The position numbers and the translations under genes were made by a program. Positions 27,935 through 44,287 of a DNA stretch of 64,000 bases are shown piece after piece. This stretch comes from Syncephalis fuscata S228 (lineage: Eukaryota; Fungi; Zoopagomycota), in assembly GCA_025786725.1 (NCBI GenBank), contig JAHLTZ010000017.1:471327-535326 (forward strand), in the 5' to 3' direction. Position 1 is the stretch's first letter; each line of letters opens with the position of its first letter. The notes under the pieces are model-generated. The model was not told the origin of the DNA, searched no databases, and saw only the letters and a program-made list of their open reading frames with translations.

Positions 27935-30125
27935 AGTGACGACGACGAATATAAAAGAAACGGCAACAGTAAAAAAAAAGTTTACTATTTTTTGTAAAAT
28001 ATAAAATGATACGTTGATGTTACAATGGCAACAATTCGAAACTGACTTTTGACAAGTTATTTATGTAGCTACTAATGATGCAAGAATCCAACAATAATAT
28101 GCGCAGATATATAAACATGTTATTTTTTAAATAATTAGCATAGATATATAGTAATGGTGCAACTTAAGAGCTTACTAAGCAGTTTTATTTAATATTTTAA
28201 AGAAAAGAATGCTGAGTCATCAATAGATTAATATTGAAAGTTGGCCGAGCTGTAATAGCACCTTATAGCTAACATACGCATATCGATTCAATGTATTATT
28301 TATTTTCATTATATTATTAACATGTATTGCTACAATTACTGCTATATATATGACATACGTTTAGTGCATAGCTGATAAATAAATAATACCACTTACCAAC
28401 TATTAATACAAATTAGTAAACACAAAGTGTATGAAATATTCTAAGTGTATAGTTGGCTAGTATAAACAGTGTTTAATTAGTCAAATAGCTAATTATTGTA
28501 AGTGCAACATACCATAAAGTCTAGAACTAAACTAGCACCCACCACGGATGTAGTGGCCACAAAAGCCAAGATGATGCAGCAGGTGACGACAATAGAAATT
28601 ATCATACTGATATTGATTTGCCAAACAAGCAAGTAGAAGAGACAACAAATATGGCTGGTATAGAGTAGATAGTAGTGAATACCTGGCAGAAAGTAGAGTG
28701 CGATGATAATAACACTAGTTGGTTATGCTTATTGTGTGAGCTACTTAATATAGGTTTATTCTGAGCCATTAAGAATGTATCATATAAATTAGCCACTGGG
28801 ATGTAATGTAGCCAACAAAGTATGCGTATATTAATGAAGTAATAATGCGATAACATGTAACCTAGTTCTTTGTTTTAACCTGTTCAGTATTTACATAGAT
28901 GAGATAGTAACACCAATAATCCGGCATATGTATGGTAGAAATCCATATATCAATTTTTACAGCGTTGTTAAACAGGTCAATCATACAGCACAAGCCAAAT
29001 TTACTGGCTGGCTTTACAGGAGCAAAGAAAACGCATTACCATACCTTTGGTGCTTTCTTCATTGACATCTGCAGTTCCTAATATACATATGCATTTCAAA
29101 TAGTGCTTAACGCAGAAGCAACAGTGATATTGATGCATTAAATTTATAATTCTTTACAAGTATATTTTAATATATAATGCTTGGTTTGCACATTCATTCA
29201 GTTTAGCATGGCAAGTTAGTTACAAGAATAAACAGTTCATTTTAATATGTTATCAGCTTTTGATACGTATTTTATTGTTAACAACCAATTGCTAATATTG
29301 GCTATTAAATGTCGGATAGCTACATTTTTATAATAAACATTGCACTTGAGCATTGATGTTATTAGTTATTTGGTTATCGGATAATGTAAATACCACGGCA
29401 GATAACATTATTAAAAGCTATGGAATTAGGATATAGCAGTAATGTTGAATTTCAAACACATTTTGGCAATTGAGAACAAATGGTAACATCCTGTCACAGT
29501 TGTAAACATCCATATCCGTCATTGTTATCGTTTTGACATCCAAATGTTTGTTAGTTTGTGGAAATTAATTATTTTTACTTCATACATATTAAAATAATAA
29601 TATAATCACATCAGTGTAACAAATGATAGTCGGTATAGCTACTCTATCCAAAACGTATTGAATAATTGATAAATAAATAAAATCTAGCTGTAGCTATACA
29701 TCATAATAAAGATGCTACCTTAAACAACAATTATTTCATATTATTACCGACGAATTTAAAGTAATAAAAAGTCAAAAATGCACCAAGTAAATAGTTTATC
29801 AAATGAGCACATTTGATACTAATATAATGTGTTATTGGGCCATTATTAAATACAAAAATGATCAGCTTCATATCTTGCTTTGAATCTATCTTTTGATTTA
29901 GCCAATAGTTTTGCTAAAACAATGATAAATCATAACTATTTTGTACTAAATAAATAATACTAAGCCATTGCTGGGTTGCCTAGTGTAACACCAGCAATAT
30001 TTTGATCCATCATATTAGTTGGGTTTAGAAGAATCGAGTTTATTATGGGGAAATTTGATTTGATCTAATGGTAGCACATCTTAATTCGGAAATTATTATA
30101 CCGAGGCCTCACTAAACGCGCCACG

Positions 30126-31738
30126 ATGTTCATTCTACTTTCCGTTACTGCCTGGCTTATTTTTGTATTGTAAGTTGGTTCATTGCTATTTAGTAACCGT
30201 GCTATATATTTATTATTAAAACTGTTAGGCTAAAATACACCAGCATGAGCAATTCATTGGTCGCGCGACCAGCCATATTGGCTTTTCGTTCTGTGCGAAC
30301 TTTAAGTATTATTCTTTATCTTGTAACGTAGGTTGCTGTTGTTTACTTTACATTTGCGCTTTTAAGTCGGCTAAGGTAACAATGTTATTGCTATAGTATG
30401 GCTATTGGTTTGAATATCACACAGCTACTTTCAATTTTAATAGCACCCTTCTCACGCCAAACACTTATTAAAATTAATGCCTGGGTAGCCGGCACGATGT
30501 GGCGGGCAATGCAGGTAAATAAAAATTATACGCTAACAACCATCCATCCATGGATATCTAATTTATTATAACTCGGCCATCATTAACAGAGTATTGTTGA
30601 GGTAAGTAGCTTTATTTATACTTATCGATTGGCCAATTAGTTGGTTACCTAACTGATCCATTCATAACAATAGCGACGCAATGCTATGGATATTACATTT
30701 TCAGGCGATGAAGTGCCCGAAGGCGAAAGTGCCATTGTCGTTAGCAATCATGGTGGATTAGTTGACTTTTATTTAGTTAATGCACTTGCCGTTCGCAAGA
30801 AGATGATAAGCCATTGTTCGGTAAATAGTAGATGTTTTTTATTTTTTTAAATAATGTATACTAATGTTTGTATAGTATTTTGCTAAAAACTCTGTAAAAT
30901 ATGTAAGCCATTTAGATGCTACTAACATTAGTAATGACAACAACTTTATCGTATCAAGGTACCATTTTGGGGCTGGGGCATGTGGGTAAGCATTGTATTT
31001 TTTGTTATTTTACTTTTAATTCTGATCAATATTACTAGCTATGTGGAATGTTAATGATCAAGCGTAACTGGCTACAAGTAAGGCACCTTGTATACTAGGT
31101 TAATAGTAATATTCATTTAGTTTGTCTGTAGGATCAAAAGAAGATTGAGGCTGTCTTTCATCGTATTCGTACCTGGCGACCACCTGTATGGGTCATTAGT
31201 TTCCTTGAAGGAACACGACTTACACCAAAAAAATTGGCAGAAGTAAGTTAAATCGTAGATTTGTAAAGCATATAAACGATGCTTATATACTATTGGTAGA
31301 GCCAAGCATTCTCCCAATCGCGTGGTTTGCCCGTATTACGCAATTTACTTGCACCACGTACTAAAGGATTTTGCGAGACAGTAAGACAATTACGCGGCAC
31401 GCATGTTAGACATGTTTATGGTAAGTAGTGCCGGCTAGCTAATTTATAAAAGCAAAAGCTATATTGATTGTGTATTAGATTTGACGATTGCTTATTGGCA
31501 TTGCAAATATGGCTATGGTCATCCGCCAAGCTTATTACGTATGCATTCGCATTCAATGCAGGGCGAATATAAATTCCACGTTCATGTAAAACGCTACGCC
31601 ATTGAGGATCTGCCCGAAGATGATCGCGGCCTAACAACCTGGGTTCATGAGCGATTCCTTGAGAAAGATGCACTACTAGACGAATTAAAGGCGTCATGGA
31701 TTGAACACCAAGACGTTAGAAGAATTCCTCTGGAATAA
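30126..31738 (+). CDS. Lysophospholipid acyltransferase (PlsC family, LCLAT1/AGPAT3-5-like); about 11 exons
   Basis: VVSNHGGLVD (NHxxxxD), YFAKNSVKY|VPFWGWGMW, IKRNW, FLEGTR, LLAPRTKGF, VYDLTIAY, FLEKDALL. One base missing near 30324. Confidence 0.9.
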
Positions 31739-32045
31739 GATGCATTTATTTACAATAAAAATGCACATATATAAATACAAATGTATAATGAAATTGACAT
31801 TCTAGAGTGTTTTTGGATGCACAATCAAGACGTTGTATTTGGCCACTATACTTTCAATAATATTGTAACAACGTAACGTAGAATAGCCACCTAATACAAC
31901 TCAATTATGCATAGTGGTTGTTCAATTATTAGTGCTACGCATGGTATTTGCTAGTTTTATTATTATTTGCTATTGCTGCTTTTAGTTGTTGTGTTTATTT
32001 CTTATTGTTTTATCGTTAGTTGTTAATAATAATTTTTAAACACTT

Positions 32046-32815
32046 TATTAAACATTTAGTGTGATTTGGTGTTAATGACTATTTTGATAATATCCAATCT
32101 ATTAAACATGATGGTGAATAGTGAATGACATCAAGGTTTAAAATACTCGTATTTAGTGCACATATATCATTTTTATTTTATCATATACTAACTATATATC
32201 AATTTATGATATACTGGTTATATTATGTTTTTTACATGTTTTAATGTATTTTATTCAGTCTACGCATTACATTATATACACTATAACTTCATTGTTGCTA
32301 TTCATGATCTTTCTATTGTTTATTCATATTAACACATATAGCTATGTGCTATAATAATCCTATTCTATTCATAACTGTTGTCTGTTTAGCTCTAGTTTTA
32401 TTATCTATGAGCTTGATTTGTTTTGCTCATTAAGCCATATGCACCGATAAAACAAATAAAAGTATACATAAACATATTGTTTTATTAGAAGCATGTATTA
32501 GATGGCTGTTTATAGATAATCATCACTGGATTGATTGGTGCCAGTTATTTACGGTTTGATGGCATTCAGGCCAAGTGATGTGTATTTACAGTAATAACAA
32601 GTTTAAGTGAAAATAAATTGGTATAAAGTGAAAGATATTAGAAGTGAAAGCAGTCTAGATGTAATAATTATATGAATATAGGATAGATGAGAATGATATA
32701 GGTGTACTGAATATGAGTATTTTGATAATTGATGTCATTCACCATCCACCACCATGTTTAATAATGAATGTTATCAACATAGTCATTAACACTAAATCAC
32801 ACTAAATGGTTAATA
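32046..32815. mobile_element. MITE family A, complete (~770 bp) with ~125-bp imperfect TIRs
   Basis: 32046-32171 is an inverted repeat of 32692-32815 (about 85% by eye). Non-coding, AT-rich, TA at both ends. Interior near-identical to 50706-51328 and to 54529-55021 reversed. Confidence 0.8.
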
Positions 32816-32940
32816 GAAAAAGTTTTATTGCTGGCCATTAACTAGGAATTGTAGCTGTTTATGAAATGTTAGAATTGATATGTTTATTAATGGCCTTAAC
32901 AAACAAAACTTTTTTCTACTATTATTTGTATATATAAAGC

Positions 32941-34626
32941 CTACGCTGATATGCACATTACACGGTGCCTGAATGGCCAATGCATCTGCCAATGCGTCCA
33001 CATCTGCTTCTGCTTGCTTGGCCTTTTTAACTTCCTCTCATCTTCTTCCTTCTCTTCCTCTTCCTCTCCTCTCCTCTCCTCTTCCTCTGATTCATCTTCC
33101 ATATCCGACAATGATCCAAGTGCCTCACCATTGTTATAAATGTCTAGCGCATCACGAATAGCATCTGCTGCGGCGCTGTCGTCGGAGAATCGATTGCCAT
33201 TAAGCTCGATTTGCTTCATACCTGGCATGCGTCGAATGGCACCTGCCAATACTAGTGCTCCCTCGTCGTTCATTTCAGCATATGACAAATTAAGATAGAG
33301 TAGGGAGGGGCGGCATCTATCAAGTGCCTTAGCCACTTCAAGTGCGCCCTTTCCATTAAGCATGCAGTCGCCTACGTTTAAGCGTTCCATCTCGGTCCAT
33401 GCAGGCAATGCCACCGCAAGAGCAATTGCTCCCTTTGTCGTAAAGGTATTGTCTTGCAGATCCAAATAACGCAATGAAGTGCATTTGGCCAGTCCATCAA
33501 GCAGTGTTACTATACCTTCTGGACGAATACCATTCTGTGGCATACGCACTTCACGGAGCTGTGAGTGCAAAGCAAAAGCCCGGGCAAATGCTTCGGAACT
33601 TCCATTTTCCAAACGATTACGACCGATAATAATTGTACGTAGATTGGATATTTGATTTTCGGCTTCGTTTAGACGGCCTGCCTCGTAAAGTGCATCGGCA
33701 ATCATAGCGCCGCCTTGCGGACCAAAACCGTTATTATTAATGCGCAGTGTGCGCAATGAACGACGGACCTTCAAGAATGGCACCAATGGAGCTGCACCAG
33801 TCGGTCCAAATGCATTATCACTTAGATCCAACTCAAGCAAATTAGCCTTATCAATAATAACTTCGCAAATAGCTTGCAATGCCTCACGAAGCTCTTCACG
33901 AAGACGACCAGTAAAAACATCACTCATATCAACAACCTAATAAACGAATAAACACACATCAATACACATATACAAATACACAATGCTAATTAATATTATA
34001 TCATAAAATAATACATATCTCTCGTCACTAGTTCTACCAACTATATACGTATATATATACATATAAATATAAATAAGCGCATAGGCTATTCATAGAGACA
34101 ACGAACCAATGAATACAGGTATCATCAGTATTGTGTTACCCTTTCGATCACACTTTATGACATCATATCTGCATATCAGTGCAGCAGACGATTTATTTGA
34201 ATGACCGACGCGCCAAGGAGCGTGGCTTCCAAGGCATGAAGTATAGCTTCAATACGGTCTATTCAAAATGTCCATGTGCGCACCATACAAGGTATTATTG
34301 CCGTTTAGCGCGTGTCCATATCGCTATTATTTCATGCAATCCATCTCTATTGACCTATATATCCGTCATCATCACCACCACCACCACCCACTTACTTTAA
34401 GGTGTTTCTGGCTACGAAGCGCTTCCGCAAGTGCACGCGCAGCAGGTACGCCTAACGTATTGCCGCACAAACGAATAACCTCAAGTCGTTCATACTTTGC
34501 TATTGTTTCGCAGTGCTCCTGAATATCCTCATATCTGTCCCAGTGCTGGCCAAGACCCGCCAAACTAAAGATGTTCTCTGGTGGATAGTAGGCGGCGTAG
34601 GGATCTTCAAATAGCGAATCCGACAT
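32941..34626 (-). CDS. RNA1: Ran GTPase-activating protein (LRR); 2 exons with a 459-nt intron
   Basis: LCGNTLGVPAARALA, SDVFTGRL, LDLSDNAFGP, GRNRLENG, MPQNGIRPEG, LDLQDNTFT, acidic tail. C-terminal frame disrupted near 33036, so the exact stop is uncertain. Confidence 0.93.
34080..34358 (-). ncRNA. Candidate structured intronic RNA in the RanGAP intron
   Basis: GC-elevated island in an oversized intron; long closing stem and internal stems with G-U pairs on the transcribed strand. Confidence 0.4.
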
Positions 34627-34944
34627 GATGATGATGATGGCTTAATATAACAATCGAGTCAAGTTTTATCAACGAAAACAAGCACAGCGTAGACGAAAGG
34701 GCACACAATACACAAGGACGAACCAGCTTGGCCGGCGTTGGTATAATAGTGTTGCTTTACTGCTATTGAGTTGGGGAAGAAGAAAAAATCGAAAGAAATT
34801 CAAAAATCACTAATTGGGTCACACAACCATAAATATAAAACTGCGTCTGCAAGTATTGCATAATAGTGAACACCATCATAGCTGGCAGATGTATATCGTA
34901 GACACAGATAATAGATATAGACACGATAAACAGACATTTTAATC

Positions 34945-37680
<2,736 letters not shown>

Positions 37681-37948
37681 TTCACCACTGCCACTACAGG
37701 CAAATGCAGTTGCTTGCGATCACTCGTTGGATCGTTATTGGAATTGCTTAGAAATAGCAACTACTAAAAAAGCTGATGTGTTGAATTGAAAAAATAAACT
37801 GATGTACGTGGTGGAATCAACAACAACAACAATATTAATAAGTGAATTATAATATTTGAATTAAACTGTTCCAATAAAGATACGACTCACTAGTTATTCT
37901 TTTTTATTACGAGCGTGTAAACTTATTCATATTTGATACTAGTGCACT

Positions 37949-40312
37949 ATGCCACCCAAAAGAAAGCAGCAAAGTACTCCTGTTTGCGGGAATCCTCTTT
38001 ATTTAAGCTGGATTCAGCAGTGGGAGAGAGAGGCACAACAACGAAACGATAAAAATATACGTTTTATTTACAAAAAGGTATTATTGTTGGCAGGCCTATC
38101 TACTTAGCAATAATTGTGCTATAACTATGTTGGTAGGCTGCAGATTCATTAGCAAAACATCCTACTCCGTTTGTGTATCCGCACGAAGCTTCAATTCTTA
38201 GTGGTATTGGACCAAAAATTGTAACACGGCTTGAAAAGCGATGGATGGAGCACTGTAAAAAGAATGGTATTGCCATTTCAACCAGACAAGAACAGTCTGG
38301 TAAGTGAATAGCCAATCGAAAAGAAAAGAGAAATATGTAATATTAAGTAATAAAATGTTTGGTGGCAAGTATAGAATTGGCCGCTGATTTACTAGATAGT
38401 GCACCAATAGTGAAAAAATCGCGTAGTAGTAAACCATATGTACCGCGTCATAGATCTGGTGGATTTGCTTTACTTTTAGGATTACTTGAATTGGAATTAA
38501 CGGGGCAAACGGCAACAAGAGCGACGTTGAAACGTGTAGCTCAGCCATATGCTGATATGTCATTTGATACGGCCGAACCAGGCACAAGATATACAGCCTG
38601 GAGTTCGATGAATCTATTGTTGTCAAAAGCATTGGTGGTGGCTATCGGAAGACCGCTAATGTACAGTTTAACATCAGAGGGCCAATTATTGGCAGAACAG
38701 CTTGCTCGCACTGAAGGACTATTTAAAGATGAACTTGCTTGCCAAAAAGATAAGGTGACAATGGAAACAACAACAACAACAGATGTACCATTAGATGCGG
38801 CAAATAACTTTTCATTAGAACAAACTTTATCAAATGAACTAGATAGTGGCACTGATCAAACAAACAACAATGTACTAATGACTAAAAGTAATACTAAAAA
38901 TATTCCATTTACATGTCTATTTCTTAATGTAAATGATGAACCAGTTCAGCATCGTGACCAAGCCGAAAGATTGATAGATCGTAAGCTATTATTTTAAACA
39001 AGCTATTAATTGCTAATATAATATACAATAGCTATTTCTGGTAAAATTCATTATCGTATTTGCTTTAAAGCCTTATTGGCCGTACATCCTGTAACTACAC
39101 TGCTATTTCGTAAATCAAAGTGGGACAAACATTTGGATATGTGGACTGGCTATATAGATGAAAACAACTGTTCATTAATAACCATATCCTCTATCAATAA
39201 TAGCATTATAAATGAACAGGACATTGGTATTACTGGCAATCTATTGTCCAGTACTGTAGCCAATAGCGCTACATCTGGTTCATCTATCGATTTGACTGCA
39301 ATGCCAGGCACATTTGAAGTTATTTTACTTCTTGATAATCGTGAATTAAATCGACGCAAAGATAGCAAATGTATTCAGAAAGGCCTAGAGAAACAAGATA
39401 TCAACGTGGAAGTCCGTGCTCTTCCATTAGGCGATACGCTATGGATTGCGCGTGGAAAGACGTCCACAGGTCATAGGGTAGAATTACTATTAGATGTTGT
39501 ATTGGAACGTAAGGAGATAGATGATTTAATAGCAAGTATTAAGGATGGGCGTTACCATGAGCAAAAGGTAGGTAATAAAGTTATTTAATCAATATTGTCA
39601 TTAACACTAATTAGCATCGACTTGAACGATGCGGATTACCGCATATTATTTATTTAGTAGAAGGCTACACTGCAGAAGCAGCACGTAGGTTTGATCAAGA
39701 TCAAATCGATGGTATATTGGCGGCAGTTCAGGTGTCCAATGGCTTTTTCTTAAAGAAAACACGTAATATTGATGAAACAGTCGATTATTTAACGGCTATA
39801 ACTCGATACTTGAAGTCAGAATTTAATGTAATTGTTTACTATTATTTTTATTTAATACTAATGCAGCGAATAGGGCAAACATCTACATATGGTGACTATT
39901 GATGGCGATGATTTTGAACAAATGAATTCGCAACGCCAAACGTTTAATAGTAAAAGCAAACGAGAAATGCGTCTATTAAATTATGATGATTATGCCACTA
40001 TGAGCAAGAAAACACTTCCTCAATCAATTAACTACACAACAGTTCTTATGCTTATGGCCATTAAAGGTGTAAGTGCAGAGAAAGCAAATATTATTGCTCG
40101 GAAATATCCATCACCGCAAAGGTAATTTGTGTTATATTTCAATGTAAATAGTTACCAATATCATAACTAGTATATTGAAGGCACTACTAAGTATTTCCGA
40201 TGAAAGTATGCGTCAACAGCTTTTTGTTCATCAAGATGAGCTAGTTCCACGAAGAAGGATTGGACTAGAATTGAGTACACGCATCGCCCAATACTGGCTA
40301 GGCGAATCATAA
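37949..40312 (+). CDS. MUS81: Crossover junction endonuclease Mus81; multi-exon
   Basis: CGNPLYLSWIQQW, HhH LSGIGPKIVTRL, winged helix YVPRHRSGGFALL..YTAWSSM, ERCC4 LLLDNRE..LPLGDTLW..LERKEIDDLIASIKDGRYHEQK. Confidence 0.95.
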
Positions 40313-40886
40313 ATTGGAAATTTTATTGTAAACTATACAAATAATCAACAATGGTCCAAGTAATATGGAAATAAATAACAGTTAAACCCTTTTAGCCCAT
40401 ATTTATACACACCTCTGTATGTTTATACCTATCACTTCATTTTAACTATAATGCTATAATTTATTTAAATATATATTTTATTATTAAATCGATTTGTTAT
40501 GCAAAGACAAATTGGGTGAATTTACTCAATAGTCCAAAGCGGCATCATCACTACAAACTTTGACTTTTATAAAGCTATAAATATTCAATATGAAAATGCT
40601 TTTGCATTAAATATTTATTACTAAGATTTATTATTTATAATACATACAGTTCATAAGATCTGTCACCTTTAATTTTAATTTGTTTAATGACGAAACTTGA
40701 TGTAGATACATATAAGGCTCGCTTTTATGTAATCTGAGATTAGTGATGGTGCTGCTTTAGTATATGCTAAAACTTAAATTCTTTAGCGTCTTCAGTTTGT
40801 TTGCTAGTAAGACAAGCTGATGAATTGTAAACATGGTCAGTGCGCATGTCCATGAACCAATTTGTTCCGCCGTTTAAATTAAAAAG

Positions 40887-41506
40887 CTATTGTATTTTGA
40901 CTTTCATATTTTATTTATTTATTTCATCACCATAACATGTATAATATTGCATCCAACATTATTTAATTCATGTGTAATTATCGATACAATAATGTAATTA
41001 ATTGATTATCTTTATTATTGCTTTAATATATATATTGTCATTATGCTATAAATTGTTCAAAATGCCATTTATTTGATTGGATTGGCTATAGAGAAGTGGC
41101 TGTTTAATAAACAACTTTTATAATAATTATATTAATCTTGATCTTACATCACAAATATGTCCAAAATGCAATACTAGAATATTAGAAAATAAAAGAGACC
41201 ATTTAGATGCAATAACCCATGTTGTACATAGATATAACAACAACAACACATGCAGAATGACATGGAATTGCAATTATATGGTTTCTATTAATATTCAATC
41301 AATCTTTCTACACATAACCAACAACAATGATCAACCTTAAATGTTTCAAAAGAATCAAATAGTATGTTTTATTCTTTATTTAAACCAATTTATTAACAGT
41401 ACTTTAATATGAATTAATATAGCTATGTTGTGCATAATAAAAACATGATCCTGATTGTAATGAATTTTGCTTTGAAGACTCAAAATGTAGGAGTCAAAGT
41501 AAAATT
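40887..41506. mobile_element. MITE family B (~620 bp, ~25-bp imperfect TIRs)
   Basis: Left ctattgtattttgactttcatatttt versus reverse complement of right aaaatgtaggagtcaaagtaaaatt. Interior 41140-41390 matches 60210-60455 reversed. Confidence 0.6.
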
Positions 41507-41542
41507 CAGCCAGATCGAGTAACTCAAATGTATAATGTGGCG

Positions 41543-41654
41543 AATGCCAATCTTGTGGCATAATATAAAATCGCAATGTGATGGCAACAAAGAACATACA
41601 CGATGTTTTACACAAGCAAAGTAAAAATAATGAAAAAGTTTAATTGAGTTCAAA
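41543..41654 (+). repeat. ~110-bp direct repeat, copy 1
   Basis: aatgccaatcttgtggcataatataaaatcgc.atgtgatggcaacaaagaac...caaa repeated at 44288-44395. Confidence 0.9.
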
Positions 41655-41927
41655 TGTGAGCCTGCCAATTATCAATTTCACCGTAATGGGGGTGAAAACA
41701 CATACACACTTTCTGGACTTGCCCCAGTAAGTAGCATTTAAGCTGTTTAATTATTTGACTAATATATTTTATCATTTGCTTTTGAATATCTATAGTTTCT
41801 ACAGTAGCCACAAAATACTATTATTTAATAAACAAATAACCAACATTAGAATATTACACAGCTGTAGCAATTGAATTATAACATGTCATTGTTTATTTAA
41901 ACAAACATTAGTTATTTGAAAAACTCG

Positions 41928-43099
41928 TTATCTTTCATATAAAGGCAATAACAAATCGTTAAATGGCGTTAGCTGATCAGTGTTATGTTGCAATGAAATC
42001 AGTCGCCAACTCGGTTCGTTTGTTTTGCTAGCATACCATTCGTATCTCCGTTTTACATCTCTATTTTTTTTAAACGCATATATAAATGCATTTCTTAGAT
42101 GGGAAGAGAGTTTACCTAAAGTTTGCTGTATAATAAATCTATTGACTTGTTGGATTTTATCGTTTCTTTGAAGCTCAGCAAGTTTTTCTACTGGAAAAGT
42201 ATTATCAAATCTGATAAAAAACATTTTGTAGTCATCTTTCTCCCCAGTGAAGCAAATATCTAACAGTAACATTAATGTAAATAACAGTAAACAGCAATAT
42301 GTTTTACTTACTTCCAATATCCCCGTTGGCGTACCATCCCTCGTTTTTTATGATATCTAGCGCTAATCATGGTTTAGTTTGCAATATACAACAATTCAAG
42401 CCTTTACCTTTTCCAATTCTTTTCCATATACGAACTAGATATTCTATTTGACTACCCACATGACTAATTGAAAAGTTGGAATAACTATTAGTATGTAAAA
42501 GCAATAGCTATAAAATTTGACATACTCTCCAAAGTACTGAGAAGCAGGATCGTATTTTGATTCACATTCTTTATATGGTAAAATATAGCATTTAACATGT
42601 CCAGGCAATATAAATTGCCACTTAGGTAACATAACTTCAAAATATTCGTTGGTTTCATATGACAATTTGGATTTCAATAAATCCTGTAGTTGATTATATT
42701 GTCATTTTGTATGTTTGCTGCTATATAAGACTTGCCTCGTATACTTGAATGGCGTAGTTTTCTGTATTTAAAGTTGATCCACATGCAAGTCGAATATGTT
42801 CGTTATTCCACTCTCCTTGAATATAATGTACGCCTTTAATATTGAATTCTTTGCCTATAAGCTTGAGATCATGCATGGTAAATGGATCAGTTTCACCATT
42901 CAATTTAATCCCCATAAACTCTACATGAATAATATTGTTAGTAAATAACATAGATAAATCCAATTAGGCACTTGCCAGTGACATCGGGCACGGGATCGGG
43001 TTTGGTACCAAATAAACCTGGCATGCCATTAGCAGGTGTGATTTGAGTAACCGACACTAGCATGAGTGCAGTGGTGGTGATAGCAAAAATAGACTTCAT
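41928..43099 (-). CDS. Secreted kinase-fold-like (pseudokinase) protein; 6 exons, two GC-AG introns
   Basis: Signal peptide MKSIFAITTTALMLVSVTQITPANG. Exons join in frame to give ...HIRLACG..VKCYILPY..IGK|ALDIIKNEGWYANGDIG|NICF..MFFIRFDN. Confidence 0.7.
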
Positions 43100-44287
43100 C
43101 GTGAATATGCCTATGTCAAGGTCCAGTCGTCGAATAAAAGGTTGTACTTTCTATGAAGCTAGTACGTGAGAAGAAAGAGCGTGGTGTGATGATTAGACGA
43201 ATAGATATGCCGAAAATGCAGACATTTATAGCAAAATATATCATGCAATAGCCGATGTATTTACTATAAGATTGGACAAATATGGTATTTATTTCTGAGT
43301 GAAAAATGTGAAACAAGCGCATGGAATAAACTGTAAACAACTAACCTCCGCATCTCAATAAGATCCTAAAGCTATAAATATCTCAAAGTAACATTTTCAT
43401 TTCTACTTATAGATATTGAATTGCGCAAAAATGGACATGTGATTTATTGTAGCATTATCATCTTTGTGTGGCTATTATTTTTGCAAGCATAAATTCCAAA
43501 CATGCAAATAAATTTGATTATTGCTAAAAATTATGCCATGAACATTACACTGTTTATATAAATTGTAGCATATAGTCAAATATTTTATATTACTAAAGAC
43601 ATGGATATAATAAAAATTATTTTTAAATCCATAGATTAAAACAACAATTTTATTATAAATAGACAAACAAATGATATAAAATAGCAATTGTTTTTGAACA
43701 TTCAAACTCAATAGATACTAGAATGTTCAAGTCATTAAAAGTCATTATGCACTGATTAAGCATTATGCTACTTATAATTTTCTACAAGAAATAAACAAAA
43801 TTATAAAGAAATGATAAAAGGAAACAAAAGGTAAACGGAGCTAGAAACACAATAAAAAGAATTGGTTAAAAGAACCAAGTGTAATAAGAGTGGATGCAAA
43901 TGACAAATAAAGATTTAAAATAAATCAACTTAATCGTCTCGTTAATTAAGACACTATGATTGATTTGTAAAAAATCGTTTATTATATTGCTTATTTTTAG
44001 AAAAGATAAATGAATTTCTTTGCTGTCCAAATATCTTGCTACACTTTACAAAAAACAATCATTGTCTTTGATGATGGTAACTCTGGCGCACTTATACAAA
44101 AAAGACTATTTGTTTTTACATGAAAAGCATTGAAGCTATTAAGCAATTGGCCAATAAATCCAATGGTTCTATTGAATTTATTTATGTTAATGAATATTTA
44201 ACAAGTCAATTTTTTAACGGGTATAAAAAATAAAACTGGGAAACATGACAACTATTGGATCAAAGTGTAAAATATATACCATACTCC

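Noticed and set aside
30322-30332. In-frame TAG in acyltransferase exon 2 as stop-codon readthrough or recoding
   Set aside because: The phase of the next exon requires a frame change, and one restored base gives LVNVGCC with no stop.
34115-34150. Hammerhead ribozyme (GAAA and CTGATGA on the - strand)
   Set aside because: Only 13 nt lie between the motifs and stem II cannot form, so the topology is not satisfied.
41675-41735. Helitron 3' end (hairpins tttcacc/ggtgaaa and ctgg/ccag)
   Set aside because: No properly spaced CTRR terminus and no second copy in the window.
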